Numbered from the stretch's first letter, positions 53,002-62,225 are shown. The stretch is DNA of 64,000 nt from Thermoplasmata archaeon (GCA_046758325.1 JBHHZZ010000002.1:14990-78989), one strand, 5' to 3'. Numbers and translations: made by a program. Notes: generated from the letters alone by a model not told the origin.

Positions 53002-53937
53002 TCAGGGAAGTCCCCTCCTCTTGTGCTCCTTATGGTCGGCGTGATGGCGGCTCTCGTACTTGATGGCGAAGTACGAGACAATGATCACAGCGATCATGCT
53101 AAAGATGCCTATGAGGCCGATCCAGTAGGCTCGAAGGGCTATTCCCCTAGGTCCTCCCGCTTCCTCCAAACCCACAACGAAGACCCCCTCCATCCCCGCT
53201 TCCCTATGGCCGGGTACGTCGCACCAGTAGCCATATACACCCGTCTCGTTTATCCAGAACTCCACACTGGTGACCTGGCCCGGAAGGATGAAGGGCGTCT
53301 CATACTCTACGCCGCCAATGTCCACTTTGAAGTTGTGATCGATGTCTGGATTGACGGTGTCATTGTTGATGAAGGTGACTTTGACGAGAATCGGCACCGA
53401 CGCGATGAGAATCCTGTCGGGCCTTAGCAGGAAGCCATCCGGTGTGCCCTCTCCGTAGATTTCGATGGAGAGTTCCATGGGGGCGCGTACTTCATCCTCG
53501 GGCGGAGTCAGACCCACGATGAACTTCCCCTCCATCCCCAGCTGTCGATGGCCTGGGACCGAACACCAGTATTCGAAGGTCCCCGTATTGTTTATCCAGA
53601 ACTCCACATACCCGACTTCACCCGGATCAAGTAGTGGAGTCTCATAGAAGACTCCATCGATTGTCGTAGTGAAGTTGTGTCTCGATTCTGTGACGAAATC
53701 TAGATTGACGAAGGTGACGTTCACAAGAATTCCCGCCGTTCCGATGAGGATTTCGTCCGGGTCGAAGAAAAGAGCAGTACCATCGGCGGTGGCGTTCCCG
53801 ATTACGGTAACGGAGAGCTTCATCAGGGGAGGGTCTTGAGCCTGGGAAGAGGGTGCACTAAGGATGACGGCCGACAGCACCAGGATGGCACAGATGGCCA
53901 GTGTCGTAGCACTGGTTGGGCGATTTTCCGTTTCCAT
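53002..53937 (-). CDS. Membrane-anchored tandem blue-copper (cupredoxin) protein
   Basis: Signal peptide; HNF...YWCSVPGHRQLGM and HNF...YWCDVPGHREAGM; C-terminal TM and His-rich tail. Confidence 0.9.
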   Translation of the reverse strand: METENRPTSATTLAICAILVLSAVILSAPSSQAQDPPLMKLSVTVIGNATADGTALFFDPDEILIGTAGILVNVTFVNLDFVTESRHNFTTTIDGVFYETPLLDPGEVGYVEFWINNTGTFEYWCSVPGHRQLGMEGKFIVGLTPPEDEVRAPMELSIEIYGEGTPDGFLLRPDRILIASVPILVKVTFINNDTVNPDIDHNFKVDIGGVEYETPFILPGQVTSVEFWINETGVYGYWCDVPGHREAGMEGVFVVGLEEAGGPRGIALRAYWIGLIGIFSMIAVIIVSYFAIKYESRHHADHKEHKRRGLP

Positions 53938-53989
53938 CGCTTCCGCATCCCTCCAATCCACCGGGGCCGGTCCCGCGTAAGTTGCTAGC

Positions 53990-54003
53990 GTATATATACA
54001 TTA
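53990..54003. promoter_or_regulatory. TATA-rich site between divergent cupredoxin genes
   Basis: GTATATATACATTA in the divergent intergenic region. Confidence 0.5.
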
Positions 54004-54145
54004 TGGACTTCATGAGAGGGGTCTGGCTAGCACGAATTCCCCGACATTTTCCACCTCGGAAGTTGACTGCCGGGATGTGATGAGGTTACCGCCTAGGTCT
54101 CCTGCGGCCAGTATCTTTAAGGGTCCAAGCAGACATGCGGAGTCG

Positions 54146-54535
54146 ATGAGGTCAGGGCTGAAAACGGCCTTCATCCTGCTCGTTATTTTCTTCTTCTCCA
54201 CGGTCTTCCTCGCTCTTCTCTACCGACCCTCGGAAAGCCCGCCCTTCCCTGAGGCCCCGAGGGTTTACGTCGACATGACCATCTCCCTCTCCAAGCTACT
54301 TCCCGACCTGATTGAGGTTGAGCAGGGCACTCACGTGTTTCTAAACATCACGTCCATGGACGTGGAACATAGGTTTGCGTTGACATACTACCTGACCACA
54401 GTGAGAGTCCCCGCCGAAGAAGCCGTCGTGGTCGAGTTCCTCGCCAACCTCCCCGGTACCTTCGCCTTCCAGTGCACAGTGGTCGCCCCGGGACACCAGA
54501 CGGAGAGGGGCAATCTGGTGGTGACGGCGCAGTGA
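54146..54535 (+). CDS. Membrane-anchored cupredoxin-like protein with atypical ligand set
   Basis: N-terminal TM; VFLNITSMDVEHRF, FQCTVVAPGHQTE (COX2/NosZ-like fold pattern). Confidence 0.75.
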   Translation: MRSGLKTAFILLVIFFFSTVFLALLYRPSESPPFPEAPRVYVDMTISLSKLLPDLIEVEQGTHVFLNITSMDVEHRFALTYYLTTVRVPAEEAVVVEFLANLPGTFAFQCTVVAPGHQTERGNLVVTAQ

Positions 54536-54552
54536 GGAGCGAGTCCGCAGGC

Positions 54553-54560
54553 TTTAATAA
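54553..54560 (+). promoter_or_regulatory. TATA box of the ahb-sirC unit
   Basis: TTTAATAA about 22-30 nt upstream of the ATG at 54582. Confidence 0.55.
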
Positions 54561-54581
54561 GCCCCGAACCTAGCCAAAGGA

Positions 54582-55064
54582 ATGAAGGAGGCGAAGATGG
54601 TAATTGAAGACGTGGACAGGAAGCTGATGATGGAAATGCAGGATCACTTTCCACGGTCCGTCACCCCCTTCAAGGAGATTGCTTCGCGGTTGGGGCTGAC
54701 AGAGGAGGAAGTCCTCGAGAGGACCCGCCGCCTGCAAGAGAAAGGCATGATCAGGAGGATAGGCCCCATCCTCAACGTGAGGAGGGTACGCCAGAGGGTA
54801 GGCTCACTCATAGGCATGAGGGTACCTGGCCAGAGGTTGGACGAGGTGGCCGAGGTCATCAATCAGTTTCGAGAGGTGAGCCACAACTACATCAGAAATG
54901 ATGAGTACAACGTGTGGTTCACCATATCCGCCAGAGGTCAGGAGAGGTTTGACGAGATCCTCGATACAATCCGGAGGGAAACGGGAATAGACGATATCCT
55001 CGTCCTCACCACCATAAGATACTTCAAGCTTGGAGTGAGATTCGACCTAGAGAGGGATTTCTGA
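54582..55064 (+). CDS. ahbA: Siroheme decarboxylase alpha subunit
   Basis: Lrp-like NirD/L pattern: FP....PF..IA, IRRIGP, VSHNY.R..EYNVWFT. Confidence 0.88.
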   Translation: MKEAKMVIEDVDRKLMMEMQDHFPRSVTPFKEIASRLGLTEEEVLERTRRLQEKGMIRRIGPILNVRRVRQRVGSLIGMRVPGQRLDEVAEVINQFREVSHNYIRNDEYNVWFTISARGQERFDEILDTIRRETGIDDILVLTTIRYFKLGVRFDLERDF

Positions 55065-55534
55065 TGGAGCTCGACGACCTGGATAGGAGGATCTTGGATG
55101 AGTATTATTACGGAATACCCGTCGAGCCACATCCGTTTCGGGGTTTGGCGAAAAGGCTGGAGACGTCTGAGGGGAAGGTCCTTAGGCGCATCGAGAGGAT
55201 GCTCGACAAGAGAATTCTCAAGAAGTTCGGCGCCTCCCTTGGCCACAGGAAGGTGGGGTACAGCGCCAACTGCATGGTCGTATGGAAGATCCCCGAGGAC
55301 AAGGTGGAACTCGCAGGGAAGGTCATGGCCAGCTACAGGGAAATATCCCATGCATACGAGCGCCGAACCATACCCGGCAAGTGGGAGCACAACATGTTCT
55401 GCATGATCCACGCTCCTGACAGGGAGAAGGTGGAGAGGATCGTGAAGGAAATAGAGGAGAGAACCGGCATACACGACTACAAGCTCCTCTACAGTACCCG
55501 AGAACTCAAGAAGACGACGGCCGTAATGGAATGA
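55064..55534 (+). CDS. ahbB: Siroheme decarboxylase beta subunit
   Basis: HRKVGYSANCMVVW, ISHAYER.....W.HNMFCMIH. Confidence 0.9.
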   Translation: MELDDLDRRILDEYYYGIPVEPHPFRGLAKRLETSEGKVLRRIERMLDKRILKKFGASLGHRKVGYSANCMVVWKIPEDKVELAGKVMASYREISHAYERRTIPGKWEHNMFCMIHAPDREKVERIVKEIEERTGIHDYKLLYSTRELKKTTAVME

Positions 55535-55535
55535 T

Positions 55536-56180
55536 ATGATCCCCCTGTTACTGGACCTGAGGGATCGCGAGGTCTGTATCTTCGGCGCCGGCAGAGTTGC
55601 CCTTCGAAAGGCTCGGCTCTTCTCCAACTATGCCCGGGTCCGAGTCGTAAGCGACTCCTTCCACCCGGAGTTCGAAGACCTCTCCGTAAGAAAGGTGAGG
55701 GCCCGGGTGGTCGACCCTGAGGAGTACATTGGCAATGCATTCATCATAGTCCCCGCAACGGATGACAGGGAGGTGAACTCTAGGATCATGAAGACCGCTC
55801 ATCGGCTGGGGCGTCTGGTGGACTCAGTTGACGGCGTTGGAGACATCATCGTTCCCTCCATCTTGAAGAAGGGCGATATCGTCATCGCTATATCCACCTC
55901 TGGTAAGAGCCCGGGGCTTTCCAGACACCTGAGGAGAAAGCTGGAGGAGAGTATTGGGCCCGCATGGGAGAGTATGGTTCGCCTGCAATCACACCTAAGG
56001 GCGTTGCTGAAGGCTAGGTTGGGGGAACAGACTGAGCGGGAGGGCATCCTAAGGCGATGTCTCGAGGATGAACGGGTGTGGAAGGCCCTGGAGGAGGGCG
56101 ATGAGAAGGAGGCCTGGAGCCTCGCTGCAGAGATTGCCGGCCTTGAGACACGGGGCGATGGGGTCCAACACGAGAAGTAG
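55536..56180 (+). CDS. sirC: Precorrin-2 dehydrogenase / sirohydrochlorin ferrochelatase (Met8p/CysG N-terminal type)
   Basis: IFGAGRVALRKA, ATDDREVN, ISTSGKSP. Confidence 0.9.
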   Translation: MIPLLLDLRDREVCIFGAGRVALRKARLFSNYARVRVVSDSFHPEFEDLSVRKVRARVVDPEEYIGNAFIIVPATDDREVNSRIMKTAHRLGRLVDSVDGVGDIIVPSILKKGDIVIAISTSGKSPGLSRHLRRKLEESIGPAWESMVRLQSHLRALLKARLGEQTEREGILRRCLEDERVWKALEEGDEKEAWSLAAEIAGLETRGDGVQHEK

Positions 56181-56195
56181 TTTCGCTGCATTCTC

Positions 56196-56208
56196 GAAAC
56201 TTAAATAA
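56196..56208 (+). promoter_or_regulatory. BRE/TATA promoter of the hem operon
   Basis: GAAAC-TTAAATAA 30 nt before the hemA ATG. Confidence 0.65.
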
Positions 56209-56238
56209 GGCCATGTCATTGCAGAGGCCAGAGGCGCC

Positions 56239-57492
56239 ATGGCGGACATACTGAGTGCCCACGTCACCCACAAGTGGGTGGACATCGAGAAGCTGGAGCT
56301 CTTCGTCGCCAAGGAGGCCAGGTCTCTCCTCCACTCCGTCCACGCTCTCGACAGCATCGACGAGGTGGTCCTGCTCAAGACGTGCAACCGCGTGGAGCTT
56401 TACACAGCCACGGAGGACCTCCGGGGGGCCCACGAAGGGCTGTCCCGATTGGCCAGCGGTCTCTTCCCGGAGGAGCTCAACGGCGCGATCAGGTACATGG
56501 AAAACGCGGGATCAATCAAGCATCTCATGAAGGTGGCCGCTGGGCTTGAATCCATGATCGTGGGCGAGGACCAGATTCTTGGTCAGATAAAGGAGGCCCA
56601 CGGCTTCGCCAGAGAGGAGGGCACCATAGGGAGGACGCTGGACCTCCTCTTTCGGAAAGCCATCAGCGTCGGCAAGAAGGTCCGGAACGCCACGATGATC
56701 AACAAGGGATCCGTATCCATAGGCTCCGCGGCCGTGGAGCTGGCGGAAAGACTCCTGGGCAGCCTGAGGGGGAGGACCATCCTTGTCATGGGAGCGGGGG
56801 AAATCGCTTCCCTAGTGGCAAAGGCCCTTGCTGGTAGGGATCTGAAGGCCATCTTCGTCGCCAACAAGACCCACTGGAGGGCCGTGGAGATGGCCCAACA
56901 GCTGGGAGGACTGGCCATCAGGTTCGAGGAGCTACCTCACTACATTCCCATATCCGATCTGGTGATAGGCGCCACATCCGCCCCTCATGTAGTCCTCTCC
57001 AAGGACGACCTGGCAGGGATGCTGCAGTTCAGGTCACCTGAAGAGAAGCTCCTCATCATAGACTTGGGCAACCCCAGGAACGTGGAGGAGGCGGTAGCGG
57101 AGATTCCCGGGGTGGTGCTGAGGAACCTGGACGGGCTTCGGGAGATTGCCGCGGAGAACGTCGAGAGGAGACGGCGGGAGATCCGGCACGCAGAGGAGAT
57201 CATCGAGCAGGAGATGCCCCTCCTCATCCGGAAGTTCCAGGAAGGGAAGGCGGAAGCGATCAACAGGACTCTGTACCAGAAGGCCGACAAGATCTTACAG
57301 ATGGAGTACGAGGAGCTGGCCTCCAGGCTCAAGGGCCTGGACGAGGAGGGGATGAGTATCATCGAGTCCTTCGCGCGGTCTCTCACTAAGAAGCTTCTTG
57401 CCGGCCCTAGCAAGGCCCTCAGAGAGGCATCCCGTCAGGGCGATATCGACCTGCTAAGGGCGGCCGAACGCCTCTTTGAGACGGAGGAGTGA
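56239..57492 (+). CDS. hemA: Glutamyl-tRNA reductase
   Basis: LKTCNRVELY, GLESMIVGEDQILGQ, GAGEIA, ATSAPH. Confidence 0.97.
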   Translation: MADILSAHVTHKWVDIEKLELFVAKEARSLLHSVHALDSIDEVVLLKTCNRVELYTATEDLRGAHEGLSRLASGLFPEELNGAIRYMENAGSIKHLMKVAAGLESMIVGEDQILGQIKEAHGFAREEGTIGRTLDLLFRKAISVGKKVRNATMINKGSVSIGSAAVELAERLLGSLRGRTILVMGAGEIASLVAKALAGRDLKAIFVANKTHWRAVEMAQQLGGLAIRFEELPHYIPISDLVIGATSAPHVVLSKDDLAGMLQFRSPEEKLLIIDLGNPRNVEEAVAEIPGVVLRNLDGLREIAAENVERRRREIRHAEEIIEQEMPLLIRKFQEGKAEAINRTLYQKADKILQMEYEELASRLKGLDEEGMSIIESFARSLTKKLLAGPSKALREASRQGDIDLLRAAERLFETEE

Positions 57493-57493
57493 T

Positions 57494-58471
57494 GTGTTTC
57501 CTGCCCGCAGGATGAGAAGGCTTAGGATTCACCCAAAGGTGCGGGAGCTCGTGTCGGAGACATCCCTGAGCCCCAGATCCTTCGTTCAGGGCCTCTTCGT
57601 GGACGAGGGTCTTCGGGAGAGGAAGGAGATCTCCTCCCTCCCAGGCGTCTACAGACTGCCGGTTGAAGAGGTGGCAAAGGAGGCCGGTCGAATTGAGGAC
57701 TCGGGCATACCGGCCGTCCTCCTCTTTGGCGTCCCCAAATCCAAGGACGAGGCAGGTTCCCAAGCCTACAGCTCCAGCGGCGTAGTGCAGAGGACCCTCA
57801 GGAGTGTTAAGGAGATAACGGACCTCGCCGTAATGACCGACCTCTGCCTCTGCCAGTACACTGACCATGGACATTGCGGCGTGCTGAAGGGGGACCGCGT
57901 CAACAACGACGAGACCCTCAAACTCTACGCCCGAATCGCGGCCAGCCATGCAGCGGCGGGTGCCGACGTCATCGCACCCAGCGGCATGATGGATGGCCAG
58001 GTGGCTGCCATCCGCCAGGGTCTAGACAAGGAGGGTTTTGAGGAGGTACCCATCCTCTCCTACGCGGTCAAGTATGCCTCCTCCCTCTACGCCCCTTTCC
58101 GGGAGGCGGCGGAGTCGAGGCCCGCCTTCGGTGACCGAAAGAGCCATCAGATGGACATATCCACAGCGAGACAGGCCCTTCTCGAAGCGGAAGCCGACTT
58201 GGAGGAGGGCGCCGACATCCTCATGGTGAAGCCTGCCCTCCCGTACCTGGACATCATCCGTCTCCTAAGGGAAAGCTACCCAGCACCCGTCGCGGCCTTT
58301 CAGGTCAGCGGCGAATACTCCATGATCAAGGCAGCGGCCATCAGGGGCTGGCTGGACGAGGAAGCCGTCTTTCGAGAGGCTTTCACGTCAATGAAGAGGG
58401 CGGGGGCGGACTTCATCATCACCTATTACGCAGAAGACATTGCCAGGAGACTCTCGACTGGGGGGTTATGA
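57494..58471 (+). CDS. hemB: Porphobilinogen synthase
   Basis: RRMRRLR, DLCLCQYTDHGHCG, PSGMMDGQ, MVKPALPYLD, AFQVSGEY. Confidence 0.97.
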   Translation: MFPARRMRRLRIHPKVRELVSETSLSPRSFVQGLFVDEGLRERKEISSLPGVYRLPVEEVAKEAGRIEDSGIPAVLLFGVPKSKDEAGSQAYSSSGVVQRTLRSVKEITDLAVMTDLCLCQYTDHGHCGVLKGDRVNNDETLKLYARIAASHAAAGADVIAPSGMMDGQVAAIRQGLDKEGFEEVPILSYAVKYASSLYAPFREAAESRPAFGDRKSHQMDISTARQALLEAEADLEEGADILMVKPALPYLDIIRLLRESYPAPVAAFQVSGEYSMIKAAAIRGWLDEEAVFREAFTSMKRAGADFIITYYAEDIARRLSTGGL

Positions 58472-59757
58472 GGAGCAGAGAGATGGCTGGGTCTGAGAAG
58501 CTCTTCGAGGAGGCCCTTCAGATCATGCCGGGGGGTGTCTCCAGCCCTGTTCGGGCCTTCTCTCCATATCCCCGCTTCATCCGCCGAGGCCGTGGCTCGA
58601 GGATAGAGGACGTCGAGGGCAGGGAATATGTAGACCTGTGCCTCGGCTTCGGCCCTCTCATCGTTGGGCACGCTCATCCAGCCGTCGTCGAGAGGCTCGA
58701 GAGGCGTATGGAAGAGGGCTTCCTCTTCGGGGCTCCTGTGGAGGAGGAGGTTCTTCTTGCGAAGCGGATAGTGGAGTCCGTTCCCTCCATCGATATGGTC
58801 CGGTTCGTGAACACGGGAACAGAGGCGACAATGCACTGCCTCCGACTTGCCAGGGGTTACACCGGCAGGAAGAAGATCGTCGCCATGGAGGGCGGCTTCC
58901 ACGGCGCCCATGACGGCCTCCTGGTCAAGGCTGGCTCCGGAGCCGCAAAGTTATCGCTTCCGAAGTCCAAGGGGGTCTTGGATGAAGCGGTCGCCCACAC
59001 TCTGCTGGTTCCCTACAACGACGGTGACGCCCTGCGAGAGGCCTTGAAGCAGCATCGGGAAGACGTGGCCGCCATCATTGTGGAACCGATCCTCGGAAAT
59101 ATAGGGGTGGTTCCCCCCAGGGAGGGTTACCTCCAGGAGGTGAGGGAGATGGCCCAGGAACAGGATGTGCTTCTGATCTTCGATGAGGTCATCACAGGCT
59201 TCAGACTAGGCCCCGCAGGGGCTCAAGGTTACTACGACGTCCACTCCGACCTGACTACCCTCGGCAAAGTGGTGGGAGGCGGTCTTCCTTGCGCTGCCAT
59301 AGGGGGACGACGGGATATCATGGAGCGCTTCTCTCCCTCAGGTGAGGTGTATCAGGCCGGCACCTTCAGCGGAAACCCCCTTTCCATGACCGCAGGCCTG
59401 GCAACCTTGAAGGTGCTAGAAGAGAAGGGATACAAGGGCCTCCACTCCATGGGCGGCAGGGTAAGGAGAGGCCTCCAGAGCATCCTCGAGGGTCTCGGCC
59501 TTCCCTTCGAGGTCCAGTGCGTTGAATCCATGTTTCAGATATTCTTCACGGGCGGCCTGGTCAGCGGCTACACGGATGCCCTCAGATGCGACAAACGGGC
59601 TTTCACCCTCTTCTTCAGGCGGATGCTGGACGCCGGCTTCTACCTCCCACCCTCACAGTTTGAGACCAACTTCCTCTCTACGGCCCACACAGACAAGGAA
59701 ATCGATGCCTTCCTTGAAGCGGCCGAAGGGGCTCTCCGGGAGGGGCAGGGACGATAG
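58468..59757 (+). CDS. hemL: Glutamate-1-semialdehyde aminotransferase
   Basis: PGGVSSPVR, TGTEATM, FDEVITGFR, LGKVVGGG. Confidence 0.97.
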   Translation: MRSREMAGSEKLFEEALQIMPGGVSSPVRAFSPYPRFIRRGRGSRIEDVEGREYVDLCLGFGPLIVGHAHPAVVERLERRMEEGFLFGAPVEEEVLLAKRIVESVPSIDMVRFVNTGTEATMHCLRLARGYTGRKKIVAMEGGFHGAHDGLLVKAGSGAAKLSLPKSKGVLDEAVAHTLLVPYNDGDALREALKQHREDVAAIIVEPILGNIGVVPPREGYLQEVREMAQEQDVLLIFDEVITGFRLGPAGAQGYYDVHSDLTTLGKVVGGGLPCAAIGGRRDIMERFSPSGEVYQAGTFSGNPLSMTAGLATLKVLEEKGYKGLHSMGGRVRRGLQSILEGLGLPFEVQCVESMFQIFFTGGLVSGYTDALRCDKRAFTLFFRRMLDAGFYLPPSQFETNFLSTAHTDKEIDAFLEAAEGALREGQGR

Positions 59758-60662
59758 TGGGCACTAGGGGCAGCGAGCTGGCCCTGGCTCAGACTCGGGC
59801 GTTCGTTCGAAGGATGACCAGGGCGCGACCAGGAATTCATCTAGAGGAGAGGATCATCAAGACCTCTGGTGACGTCTTCGCTACCAAGCCCATCCAGCAG
59901 TTCGGGGGATACGGGGTCTTCGTAAGGGACATTGATCTCAGGATCCTCAGAGGGGAGATCGACCTCGCTGTACATAGCCTGAAAGACATACCCACCAGGA
60001 TGGTAGAAGGGCTGGAGGTCGCCGCCTATCTGCCTCGTCGAGGAGGCCGCGATGTCCTCGTCTCCCACGTTTCCTTGGACGACCTACCCTCAGGCGCCGT
60101 CGTGGGTACCTCTAGTGTCAGGAGGAGGGCCCAGTTGCTCAGACACCGAAGGGACCTGGAGGTGCGACCGATTCGAGGCAACGTCACCACACGGATAGAG
60201 AAGTGGAAGCGGGGGGAATACGATGCCATCGTGCTCTCAAAGGCGGGTCTCATAAGGCTCGGACTTGAGGTGGACAGCCACGAGCTGGACCCCTCAGGCT
60301 TCGTGCCCTCACCGGGTCAAGGGGTGGTCGCCGTCACAGCCTTGAAGGATTCGGAGGCCTTCCATCTGGCCAGGGAGGTCGACCATGAGAGAACGCGCCT
60401 GGAGGCTGTGGCTGAGAGGTCTGTCCTCAGCGCCCTCGGGGGAGGATGTCTGGTACCCATTGGAGTCATGGCCCGTCTCCGGGGACACAGCGTCCGCATC
60501 ATGGGGGAAATACTCTCCCGGGATGGCGAGAAGAGCCTCTGCCTGGAGAGGACCTTCGACCAGGAAGAGGCTGTCAGATGCGCTGCTCGCTTGGCTGAGG
60601 AACTGCTCAACAAAGGAGGAGCGATTCTAATTGAGGACACCATCAAGGAGGTCAAGGGGTAG
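59751..60662 (+). CDS. hemC: Hydroxymethylbilane synthase (start GTG 59757 or ACG 59751)
   Basis: IVGTRGSELALAQ, AVHSLKD, GTSSVRR, RGNVTTR, LGGGC..PIG. Confidence 0.96.
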   Translation, partial: TIVGTRGSELALAQTRAFVRRMTRARPGIHLEERIIKTSGDVFATKPIQQFGGYGVFVRDIDLRILRGEIDLAVHSLKDIPTRMVEGLEVAAYLPRRGGRDVLVSHVSLDDLPSGAVVGTSSVRRRAQLLRHRRDLEVRPIRGNVTTRIEKWKRGEYDAIVLSKAGLIRLGLEVDSHELDPSGFVPSPGQGVVAVTALKDSEAFHLAREVDHERTRLEAVAERSVLSALGGGCLVPIGVMARLRGHSVRIMGEILSRDGEKSLCLERTFDQEEAVRCAARLAEELLNKGGAILIEDTIKEVKG

Positions 60663-61401
60663 GGTTTACCTGGTGGGAGCCGGTCCCGGGGACCCGGGAC
60701 TGCTTACCATCAGGGGCAAGGAAGTCCTGAAAGAGGCAGACGTCGTGCTCGCCGACAGGCTCGTCGGGGAGGCGATACTGGCAAGCATTCCGGGCGACAA
60801 GGTCATCAGAGTGGGAAAGAGGCCTGGAGGCGGCCGGCACACGGCGGAAAGCCAGGAGGACATCAATAGGATGATGGTGGAGATGGCCACCCAGGGTAAG
60901 GTGGTGGTCCGTCTGAAGGGCGGAGACTCCTTCATATTCGGGAGAGGAGGGGAGGAAGTGCAGGCCCTTGCTGCGGCTCGAATAGACTTTGAAGTGGTGC
61001 CCGGGGTCACCTCCGCCATCGCCGCGCCAGCCACCTTCGGCATCCCCGTGACCCATCGAGACATGTCATCCCTTGTGACCATAGTCACGGGTCACGAGGG
61101 CGTCAAGAAGGGCTCCTTTCCTGTGGACTTCCGGGCCCTGGCTTCCGTAGGAGGGACCATAGTCGTCCTGATGGGGGTCTCTACCATGGAGGGTTACATC
61201 GGCGAACTGCTCGAGGGAGGTATGGACCCTTCAACCGCCGTGGCGGTGATCGAGAAGGGCACCCTACGCGACCAGCGAATGATCCTGGGAAGCCTTGCCG
61301 ACATTGTGGAGAGGGTAAGGGACGCAAAGGTGGGTCCTCCGGCGGTAGTGGTTATCGGTAGGGTAGTGGAGCTGGCGAAGAAGGTGGTCAATGACTCCTA
61401 G
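60631..61401 (+). CDS. cobA: Uroporphyrinogen-III C-methyltransferase
   Basis: VYLVGAGPGDPGLLT, RLKGGDSFIFGRGGEE, VPGVTSA. Confidence 0.96.
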   Translation: MRTPSRRSRGRVYLVGAGPGDPGLLTIRGKEVLKEADVVLADRLVGEAILASIPGDKVIRVGKRPGGGRHTAESQEDINRMMVEMATQGKVVVRLKGGDSFIFGRGGEEVQALAAARIDFEVVPGVTSAIAAPATFGIPVTHRDMSSLVTIVTGHEGVKKGSFPVDFRALASVGGTIVVLMGVSTMEGYIGELLEGGMDPSTAVAVIEKGTLRDQRMILGSLADIVERVRDAKVGPPAVVVIGRVVELAKKVVNDS

Positions 61402-62182
61402 GATTCTCGCCTTCAGACCTCGGGAGAGGGTGCGGGAGTCTCTTGAGCAGGCTAAGGAGCTGGGCGTCTTCCTCAAGGTGATTCCGTTGCTCGTGACTCG
61501 AGTGGGCCGCTCACCCCGGCTCGATGATTTTCTTAAGGGGTTGGCCGCTAGGGAGGTAGACTACGCAGTCTTCTCGAGTCCTGGCAGCTTCCGCTTTCTT
61601 CAGAGGGCTTCCTCCCTTCCAAAGAGCCAGCTAGTGGACCAGCTGTCCCATGCCCGGGTCGTGGCCATCGGAGATAGGACGGCGGAGGAACTCAGGACGA
61701 GCGGCCTGAATCCCATTCAACCGGCAGAGTTCAGCTCTCAAGGGCTGCTGGAATTCCTCTGCAGAGACGACATCACTGGAAGGTCCGTGGCCCTCCTGAG
61801 AAGCTCCGAGGGCAGGCGAGAACTTCCCGATGGCCTCAGATCAATGGGAGCCCACGTAGTGGACGTACCGTTGTACGAGCTTCAACGCATCGAGGATGTG
61901 AAGGTCGAGGCCGAGCTCAAGAGGGAGGTCCTCGGGAGGGGTTTTCACGGCTTCGCCTTCACTAGCTCTCTCATCGTCCGCACTTTCTTCTCCATCTTCG
62001 AGCGGCACGGGCTCGTCCAAGAGGTGGTTGGAGAATTGGGCGAGAAAGCGGTAGGCGCGATAGGCAGACCTACGACCGAGGCATTGGATGCCTGGGGCAT
62101 CCGTCCCCTGCGTCCATCGAGGGCCTCATTCCGAGACCTCCTCGCTCTGCTCAAGGACCACATCCTGGCCAAAAGCCTTTAA
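61391..62182 (+). CDS. hemD: Uroporphyrinogen-III synthase
   Basis: FSSPGS, AIG..TA, PAEFSSQGL, LRSSEGR, FTSS, IGRPT. Confidence 0.88.
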   Translation: MTPRILAFRPRERVRESLEQAKELGVFLKVIPLLVTRVGRSPRLDDFLKGLAAREVDYAVFSSPGSFRFLQRASSLPKSQLVDQLSHARVVAIGDRTAEELRTSGLNPIQPAEFSSQGLLEFLCRDDITGRSVALLRSSEGRRELPDGLRSMGAHVVDVPLYELQRIEDVKVEAELKREVLGRGFHGFAFTSSLIVRTFFSIFERHGLVQEVVGELGEKAVGAIGRPTTEALDAWGIRPLRPSRASFRDLLALLKDHILAKSL

Positions 62183-62225
62183 GATTCGCCGTTCATAGGA
62201 ACAAGAACCGGCGGAGAGGAGTGAC

